DNA of 64,000 bases, taken from assembly GCA_025786725.1 (NCBI GenBank), contig JAHLTZ010000023.1, positions 372,001 through 436,000 of the forward strand, written 5' to 3'. A program made the translations under genes and the position numbers. The DNA comes from Syncephalis fuscata S228. Lineage: Eukaryota > Fungi > Zoopagomycota. Below, in pieces: positions 54,351-64,000 of the stretch (the first letter of the stretch is position 1; each line of letters opens with the position of its first letter). The notes under the pieces were generated by a model that was not told the origin of the DNA, made no database searches, and saw only the letters and a program-made list of their open reading frames with translations.

Positions 54351-56163
54351 ATGGATAGACATGCAACAAACGATTTCGCTTTACCTGTATCACAACGTCG
54401 CGAATCTTGGCCGTCTATCATGCAGTTAGCATCTTCAACAAGTACGTCAAATACAAATTTTCTTGCTATAACTAGTACTACTTTTACTGCTATTACTGCT
54501 GCTACTGCTGCTACTACTGCTACTGCTACTGCTACTACTCCTACTCCTACTTCTGTTGTCTATAATAATAATAATAATAATAATACAATGCCAGTACTAA
54601 CTACTATGACCGATTCTTTTACAGGACCATCATTATCGTCGGTCTCTTGGACTGGACCGACTTTATCAACATCCGACTCCGCTTCTCCACCCATATTTCC
54701 TCCCGTGGCACGGCGCTTGCCACCGCTACCGCTTGGCTTACCCGTTTTACCTGAACAATTACCCATCTCGTTATCATCACCTATAGCCGGGCCATTACCT
54801 AGTCGATTTTCAGCATTATCACCGCCACCGGATCTGCTTTATCACCTACCTCGTTATCGCCCTCAAATTCACATGCATCAGCGACTTCAATTGCTTCTTC
54901 GTCAAGTATTGGAGGCGATTTATTAGCTGCAACAGCCACATCGTCCGTATCAGCACCATCCAATATGTCTGAAGGGACAAGCATAAGCACTAATTTGAAT
55001 GCTACAACAAGTACCGGAAGGCCACGCGGCATGGTTGGTCGGGCTATTAGCAGCGATGTATGGAAGCATTTCGATCGACAAGTTGATGCTCATGGTAAAT
55101 TTGTTGCTGCCCATTGTCGTCACTGTGGCCGCTGCGTGCGTGGAGCAACATCAACACTACGTGGTCATCTACGCTCGCGCGCCTGTACGCAATCCTTAAA
55201 TGACTCATTATCTACGTCAGCCTCCAATCGGGCGATACCTCTTATGCACCTTCAATGACGTCAGCTCATCCAACGTCAATGGGCCGCCGCCATTCACACT
55301 ATGAAGATATGCAGCATTATCGTCGTCAGCGACGTCGGTACACTTACTCAGACGAAGAGAGCAAGCCAGAAGTCTATGGGCCCAATTATCATGATAACAA
55401 CTGGGACACGACGACAACAGCTGCCTCTACCGAACAACGATCTTATGTACAGTCGCCATTAAAACGAGATGAACTTGAGCTATACCCGGAAAATAAAGTA
55501 GCAGTCACAGCTGCTGGACTATCCTATTTTCCTTCACCTATGCTATTTTCGCCTGTATCCAGCTTTGGACATGGACCGATGAAAAAAACCATTGAGCACT
55601 TTTCCAGATCGGAAACATCACGACCAATTGATGTATTTAGCAATGGGTATGCTCGTCGATTCCATCCTATTCGTGAATCATCCAGTGAAATGACTCTGTG
55701 TGCTAATGATGCAGTAGCACATCCTATGTCGGCCTCGTCGTCAACGTCGCTAGTGCTGTCGTCACCGCCATCTTATGCGACAAGGCCTCCTGCCGGTATT
55801 GACAATTTGCTGGCCAACCTGTCCGAAGAACCTGCAGGTTTTGGGATTAAAAGATTTTCGCCTAATAATGCATCACCGTTACACGACTATCGGTCCGAAC
55901 ATCAACACTCGCCATCCGATAATGTTGTCAGCCACGACCATTTGGCGGACGACCTTACCAATATGGACGAAAACACTGGGACCTCAGTATTGGTTGAGTC
56001 CACGTCAACTGAACGTATGCTTATTCGATGGATTATTGCTGGTCAAGTTCCATACAACATTGTAGAGAACGAAGACTTTCGCAAATTCTGCCATGCACTT
56101 GATCCTACATTCCGAATACCATCAACACAGAAGCTAACCGACATGGTTCTGCGTAACATTTAG
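54351..56163 (+). CDS. BED zinc-finger protein with C-terminal hAT-transposase-derived domain (probably domesticated)
   Basis: SDVWKHF...AHCRHCG...ATSTLRGHLRSRAC is a BED finger. LIRWIIAGQVPYNIVENEDFRKFCHALDPTFRIPS is a hAT/Hermes-type post-BED motif. Three ORFs joined by two -1 frameshifts. Confidence 0.75.
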
Positions 56164-57026
56164 GCATTTACCTTTGCACCTGCACTTTTAGTTTCAAAAT
56201 CATCTTTGTAAACGGCAATCTGATATGCACCAAAGCATATCTATTATCGCTTTTTGGATAATTTTTCAATGCATTTTACTAATGATGTACGTAAATTTAT
56301 TATCAGCTCAGTATATAACTCAAATATTGCTAAATTATCATTATTATGGGCCATCTGTACCATGGTCAATGCAGCACAGCTTTATTTTGCTTACTATTAA
56401 TATTCAATCAACACATATACATTCAGGTACATATACATAATTGAATAATATATAGATACTTTTCAAAGCATTATTCTGTACTTTTTATTATTTGTTATGC
56501 ACTAAAATATACTTTACAATATATTAGATATTCCTTTGAATGATAGACTACTATTTTAAAATGCCCTTTAAGGAAGTAGAGTAGTGTAATTTATATTTTA
56601 TAGAAATACTTAGTGAGTAATAAATAAAACATTTAAAAATAAAAACAATAAATACATCATCACTTTACTATTGTCTAAATAAAAATAGATTGATTATTGA
56701 ATAATTACAGATTAACTATTGTGGTTATTTTCGTTAAAATACTTGTAATAATTTAAATTACTACTTGTCATTTGTTCTCACTTTTCTATTACAATTTCCT
56801 TTACTTTCTTATTAATCAAATCAATAGTTATCTTTTAATACTGTTATCACTCCCACTTTAATTACTACCATCTCACTTATACTTAATTGTATCACTTAAG
56901 TGCTAGCGATTGATTATTAGATATTAACAAACCAGCTAGTATTTAATAAAATTAATTATTGAGCGATCCAAGCTATTTAGTATGATTTATTTGGATTAGA
57001 TAGCAATAAGACGCCAGTCTTTACAA

Positions 57027-59624
57027 CTATGAAGACACTTCATCAATATAAATTAATGGCGGCTCATCGTCATCGGCATTGTTATTACCACCGTCATGGT
57101 TGTTATTTGGTGGACGAGGCTGTCTAGCAATGGACTGCTTAGTATTTGTTGTTTTTGAAATGTGCAATTCACGTGGTGAGCCATACTGATAAAACTGATC
57201 TTCCGGTGTGTGCTCTGCAATAATAGGTGCAGGTTCTTGTGTGTTATGTGGATTATTGCGTGCACGCCATTTAGGCAGTGCATCATCTGTATCGTTATCA
57301 CTACTCATTGCAAATTTTGATTTGGTTTTTTTGCTTCGTCGAGTACCGGGTGAGTCCACATATGTGTTTGCTAGTGTTATTCTAGCTTGTTTGGACGTCG
57401 TCGATACATGACGCTGTGGGTATAAACTTGTGCTTGCATCGTATGCATCTGATTCTTCATAATTACTATCAGTAGCCACATGTTGTCCAAATACGCGTGT
57501 TGTTCTTGACGTGAATTGCTTGCGATAATCATGCAGTGGCCGTGTAGTGACGTTACGGCCAGGACCAGATTCATTATAGAATTGCTCATTACTTTCAGAG
57601 TTAGCTGATCGGCGGATTTGAGGCTGGTGCCTTGTATGCTGTTGCCATTGAATACGTGAGCGTCTCTGTTTACGTATTCGCTGTGCACGTTCTTTACGAA
57701 TAAACAATGGCTGCAACCAGCGTTCATCGACTCGTGACCACCAATGGCGTCGATGACTGTTTACTCGGCGCACCTGTGCTCCGGATTGACTCCATGATTG
57801 CTGCTGATCATCATCTGATATTTGTGCATATGAGGTTGTGCCTTCCGTTTCAATATCATACTCGTCGTCGCCTCCGTCTTCGTCGTCAGTCTCGCTGCTG
57901 GAAGCGTCGTTTTCACGCGAGTTTGATCGATGTATACCGGTACGAATACCCAGCCGATTGATGACAGTAGCTGTGGTGCCACCGAATATAAGTACACTTA
58001 GCACTACAACACAAAGAATTGTTGTGCGAATAGCTGATGCTGACGAGCCAGTAAGTGAGGTGGCAAGTGCAAAAGCAACTGCACCGCGTAATCCAGCCCA
58101 GAATAACATTACTTGGTATGTTTCAGGCAATGGTTCGCGTTGTTGTCGCAATAGAGTGCATGATACAAAATTAATAACCTTGGCCAATGGAAACACTGCA
58201 ATATAACGAGCAACACATACAAATACCTATGATAGAGTGATTAAGCATATGTATTTGCTATTTGTATATAATCTACCTACCATAACACACAAAATAAATA
58301 ATGGACGGAAAACGCCATCTTTCTGCGTAAACAGTGTGATGCCAAGATAGATGAATATAAAATTTTCACTTAGCTGTGACATAACATGTGTCATATAGCG
58401 TGTTGTATGACGAGAGTGTAGCGACATATTATGATAAGCATAATAGCGTAGCGTAATGCCGCAAAACAGCAACGATACGATGCCTAAATACCATAAATTA
58501 CAGTTAGTTGTCTAGTTAAATAATGCCCCTTACCACTTAAGCTACAGGCATTTGAAAAAAGATAAGTGATATATGCCATTAATAATACAATGCATGTTTC
58601 AATTGAAGGATATCGATAGATGCCAGAATGTTTAAGAATGTACTAGAGTCGCCAAGTTAAAGTGTATACAGTATTTGCTAATTATATTGTTGTGATCTCA
58701 TAAAGGATATCAATGAACAGCCTAGCCCGACAAATACACCAATAGCCAATGATCCAAAGAAAATGCCAAGAAACACGCCAATAGCTCGTATAATATTGGT
58801 CATATGTAATTCATGACCACGGAATTGATTAATTGTACTATGATTACATTAAATAAAGCCGTTGATATTAAGTGGCAACTTACCCGTAAAGCACAATAGC
58901 TACTGCGTCGTTTAGCATGCTTTCTCCAAGAATGACAGCATATAAATTGGGCTCGACGCCCAGTTGCTGAAATACGGCAAGAATTGTTACTGGATCTGTG
59001 GCCGATATAATGGCGCCCAGACCCATACAATCTGTTGCTGACATCTCAATACCGGCCAAGCCAATTAGATTTACTAAATACACAAGAGCACTAAACGTTT
59101 GGTTACAGTTAGTTTAGCCTTGATACCATTGATAGACATACGCGACCACGGCAGCGGTTGTAAAGGTGCCGCAGAAGGCGAATGCCAAAATAGGACCGAA
59201 ATTCCGAAAGAAATCCTTGGGATTCAAGTCATAGCCCGAGTTAAAAATGACTGGTGGCAGTAGAAGATTAAAGAATACAGCGTCGTCAAACGTGACGATT
59301 CGTTGCAGCGTTTCAACGCCTGACAACTTGATGCCAACGCCTACAAGAATACCTGTACAATGGATTAGTTGAGTGGCCATTCTACACGGCTGTAGTGCTT
59401 GTCAGCATACCTGCCAGTATAGCCACTACAGTCTCGTGCAATAGCCGTACACGTCGCGACTGTAGATAATAGCTTAGCCATAGTACACCGACAAGTAACG
59501 AGCAAAGAATAAGAAGAGCTAGCGAGGAGTAAACTTCGACATTCTCCTCGGTTGTATTCATCGTCAATGTTCTAGAGGCATCTGCCGTAAGAGATTCAGT
59601 TTTGTTATTTGAAATAGCATTCAT
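57027..59624 (-). CDS. NHX1: Endosomal Na+/H+ exchanger (CPA1)
   Basis: FFNLLLPPVIFNSGY, ISATDPVTILAVF, GESMLNDAVAIVL, SENFIFIYLG and FWAGLRGAVAFALA. Multi-exon. Confidence 0.95.
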
Positions 59625-60247
59625 TTCAATAGTATAGAACAGGGAGAAAGTAGCACAAAAAGAAAGGAAGAAAGGAAGTAAGCAAATGACGTTACAGGTT
59701 ACCAAATAACTAAAGATGTTGGTGATAACGATGATAACGATGATAATGATGGTCACAATAGATATTTATTAATATAGAAATTATTATAAATATTTTATTA
59801 TTATTCATTAGTCCATTCATTTTTATATAAATTATTCAAATAAAAACCGTTCAATAGCAATGTAAGGGGAAGTAATAAAAATAGTGATAGACGACAAATG
59901 AAATTATCATGGTAAATAGGTTGTAGAATATGATATGTGATTATATAATATTGTTTATTAAGTATCGTTTGTACGTATTAAGCTTAGTATTTTTTAAAAA
60001 GTATATATTACTTGAACCAAAGTATTGTAATATGAATACGAGAAGTGACACTCATACCTTTTAGATTTATACGGTATATACAGTTATTGTACTAGTAATT
60101 ATGCACATACAATAGTAGCAATAGTGATAAATTGCACTACTTTACTAACGTTGAATGTTTTCAGCGACTATACTAATAATGTTAATATTACTATTATTAT
60201 ATATGTACAGCAACTGTACACGATAAATATAATAACTATGTGCTAAT

Positions 60248-60880
60248 AGAACAACTTTATATTTCAGTTTGCCATAGATCGTCAGTGCATATTGTACTAA
60301 TAACAATTTGTATTATCATTACATTGACAGATCGCATTGTCACTGTTGAGATGGTAGAACTGTTGCTAAATGAATAGTAATGGCAATTTATAGTAAGAGC
60401 AAAGTATAAAACAAGTTTTCATAGCATATATTCAGAATAACATAAAACAAACTAAAAATGTATCTATTATGCTAAAGAAGCTGCAATATTAATTGGAGTA
60501 ATAAAGGTCAGATTACAAAAGAGCAATGCAAGTACATAGTGTAGAAGGTGTTTGTACCTAACTAGTATTCAGCAACTACTGACACTATTTATATGTATAT
60601 ATGGAGTGTACAAATATATGCAATGGATATATGCTGTCAAGTGTAAAGAAAGAGAAAGGGAAATGTGATGACGTAGTTTGTGAGATGTGAGCCTGTCAGT
60701 CAATATTTATAAACAACCGAGTTTAATTGATTAATAAATGGAGTGTAGATAATAAAAGTCAATCTACCCAACATGTCAGTACATCATAGAACAGATTAAT
60801 AGTAAATGAATAAATGCATTGAGAATAAAAGTCATTTGACACCAAAACTACTCATTATCATAGAACATATATTCAGTATA
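60248..60880 (-). repeat. ~630-bp inverted duplication, copy 2
   Basis: Reverse complement of 46118-46747; contains degenerate ~75-bp subrepeats (aataaaagtca...atcatagaaca) near 60750-60945. Confidence 0.95.
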
Positions 60881-61120
60881 TTAAAAATCAACTAAATATA
60901 ATAAAAGTCATTTACACCCAAAACATTTGGTATCATGGGACATGTTGGTTTTTACTGCATTATAAAAAATAAAACAATGGTTTATATACTAAATAAAAGA
61001 ATATTTACAATATTTATTAATAACACAAGTAGATAATGAATCTATAGTGCAAAGCCAATTGGGTATGTAAAATAATTAGTATATGATTGGTTTGATTGCT
61101 AATGAGTACTTACATTTTAA

Positions 61121-63416
61121 CTAATATGCGCCTTTATTGAGGCGGCATTTTCGAAAAGGCACGTATCGTTTTTTAAATACTGGCTGCAGAGGTGCAACAG
61201 CAGCCGGAACTGTTTCTTCTACTGCCGCTTCTTCTGCCAACGATGTTTTTAACTTTGCCACCGACTCTTTAGATGATGTTTTTGATGCACCATCTACTGC
61301 TTGGCTTGAAGCAGCGTCTTCAAGCAATACAGCTGTATCTACTTGGTCCTGTTGGCTATTGAACCAGGAACAGTTTAGTGCCTCCTCGGCCGTGCACCGC
61401 GTTTTACTATTAATATCAAGTAGCCGCTCTACCAGATCAAGAACTGTGCAATGTTAGTTATTGATAATAAATAAATATTGAATTTACCTTCGTTACTGAG
61501 CTTTTCCGCTCTTTTAAAGCTAGGCGATCCTGCTAATATGTTCTTGATGTAAGCAAAGATTCTGATGCACCATAAGGAAGTCGTTCTAATTATGGTATGA
61601 ACTAGTTAGTATAATCTTTTGTTTTTATTTACGCTTACCCAATAGTATCGCATAAAGTGTGACTCCCAAACTCCACATATCAATGGGTGTGCCGTACCCA
61701 TCGACATCGAATGGCGGTGAAGTCAATTGGTGGTAAATATATAGGTTTTCTGGGCACGGTCCAGTAGAAATTTACGTTTATTAGACCATAATAGCGCTTC
61801 AGGCGCCATGTATGGAATAGTGCCACAACAAATCGGCACTGCGGAGGAAGTTTCTATGAAGTGGGCTGTTCCAAAGTCGGTATATACGACTTTGGGAAAG
61901 CGACAAAATTCAGATAACAATATGTTATCAGGCTATCGAATTGTTAGTATTAATGCTTAACATTAGATAAACTAACTAGTTACCTTGATGTCTAATTTGA
62001 TGATAATAACAGCAATTAATTATCGTATTACTGAATAAATAAACACACTTACCACGGTGCACAATTTTCTTCTCATGCAAAAACTGTACAATGTTAGTAT
62101 TGTAATTAACAACTTATAATAATACTTACTTTAGCACCTTCAAATATTGCCTGAAAATATGTTTTACTTCCATTTCTGGAAGGGAGGAATAATGCTTAAT
62201 ATAGTTCATTAAGTCACCTCCTGCCACGTACTGGATAAACAAATACGTGTTGAGTGCAGTGGCCTCAAACCATAGCAGCTCTACAAATTGAGGATGTTTC
62301 TTCAATTTTCTTAAGGCACAAACCTCCCTTTCAAAGCTGCTAAGACTTTTAGTACGCGACGAGACTTTCACTGCAACACGCTCACGTGTCTTGCGGTCAA
62401 ATGCTTGGCGCACGGTGCCAAAAGCTCCCCTATTATACATAGCCGATTAGTTAACTAATTTGCTTAATTTGAATACTTACGATCCAAACTCCACACCAGT
62501 AATCATATATCGCTTGGTACCTTATATAATATTGATAAACATAACATACTATTAATATTCAAATGTATTTATAAACATACCCGTTCGTATTCGTGCTTTC
62601 CTCCACTATTTTAGGCATATTACGTTCAATAAAATGAATATCAAATGTTGCTATCACAAACAATTAGAAATAATAGTTGCAAATAGTTGTTACTTACCCT
62701 CGCATCCTGATATTGCAATAGTACAGTCACTGTAATTACTTCCGTTGCATTTTCATATAATTCGGTGTTGTTAACTAAACTAAATGTTAATAACTGCTTA
62801 ATACTACTTGTTTAGACTAACCCGTTAATAATGGCAATCCAGAATTCTAAATTTCTTGTTAGCAATAAACATTTTTATGGTTATTTGCTTACTGTGAGCG
62901 TAAGAATGCCATTGCTCTATATTAATTTATAATTAGTATTAGTTATTAAAGCTTATGTTATACTTGCCAGCACTAATTTAAAGCAGAGCTGAGACTCAGA
63001 ATTTGCATCTAGCTGATAGTGACTATTGAAGTATGGTGTGTTATTAGTTTACCGCTGTTTATGTTTTGTCTTAAATAGCTACCAATGGTCACTAGAACCA
63101 GCATAAAATGCTTCATCGTTGGCCAAAATAAATTCTAAAAAGCAGTATTTAGATGTATAGATACTCAGCACTAATATAACATACCTTTGGATGTCAAGCC
63201 GCATGCTCGAACCCATACAACAGCGCTAGCACGCTTTTCCGCAGACAAATCATTCCAGCAATCTGGAATATTTGCATACATAAGATCTTCATCTCGTAAA
63301 AGATCTAGAGATGAATCAGTAGAAGAAGCGGCTACAGCATGGGGATTTGAGTTTCGCGTAGAAACAGCGACTGTAGGAGATAAAATAAATGTTTGTTCAG
63401 TTTTTTGAGAGGTCAT
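61121..63416 (-). CDS. CAMK-group Ser/Thr kinase (Mek1/Chk2-like, possible degenerate N-terminal FHA)
   Basis: GSGAFGTV, VAVK, HRD|IK|PDN, DFG, CGTIPYMAPE and DMWSLGV. Many short exons; two apparent frameshifts (~61750, ~61555). Confidence 0.82.
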
Positions 63417-64000
63417 GATGATAAATATACTGGATAGGAAAGATGGAATAAACAATTGTTTAAAGTGAAAGTGTACGTTGAAAGTAAGGTAGTAGTAGAA
63501 GGTAAAGCGAAAAATTCAATGCATTGCGTTGTTCATAATTTAAAGACACACAATAACACAATATCAGTCAGTATTGAGGGTAGTAAAGCAATAATACTTT
63601 ATTGTAGAAATAGTCTAGTGCTGCATTTGCTGTAGTATGTTCTGCTTACTGATGCTATAGCTCAGTCCTAAGCTGTATAGCAAACTATTGTGCATATCGG
63701 TATTTTATATAGTCACTTGGCTAAGCATGCATGTGCCACATCATACTGGTTTTCATGTTGGCCTTTGCAGTCGATATGGTTACGTGTTTATTCCTGTTTT
63801 TACTTCATAACTTTAACGGACTGTAATGTAATATGAACAACGTGTATTTTATTTCTATTTAGTAGCATTGAAACTCAATCGGTGAATTATGTTATAGACC
63901 ATATTTCTAAAGAAAAGTAGTCATTTTTATTTAACTAATACAGTAATAAATTGTGTAGATCGACTAATCTAATTGTGTGTGGAATGGCAAGAATGTTGGG

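Noticed and set aside
46118-60880. Inverted repeats as TIRs of one large transposon carrying the BED/hAT gene
   Set aside because: No TSD is evident, the enclosed genes are ordinary host genes, the BED protein lacks a catalytic domain, and hAT TIRs are short.

Overview
AT-rich eukaryotic DNA with short GT-AG introns and fungal-type genes. It is probably an early-diverging fungus (possibly Zoopagomycota such as Syncephalis; this is inference). Conserved genes: CNT nucleoside transporter, LYRM2-like, CSN8, NST1, a C2H2 transcription factor, galactokinase, ATPase inhibitor IF1, an SDR, GILT thiol reductase, NHX1, a Ser/Thr kinase and a probable CENP-Q. Unusual content: (1) a gene missed by the ORF track (12835-13571, minus) whose short secreted peptide is assembled from a tandem array of 3- and 6-nt frame-preserving microexons; (2) a head-to-head pair of paralogues, each made of five actinoporin/aegerolysin-like repeats; (3) a decayed Fanzor (TnpB-like) nuclease C-terminus at 44.2-44.6 kb; (4) an intronless, bacterial-looking clan GH-A glycoside hydrolase; (5) a BED-finger protein carrying a hAT-transposase-derived domain but no catalytic core; (6) a ~630-bp inverted duplication 13.5 kb apart; (7) a second head-to-head paralogue pair. 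Many genes carry single -1 frameshifts, most likely long-read assembly errors.
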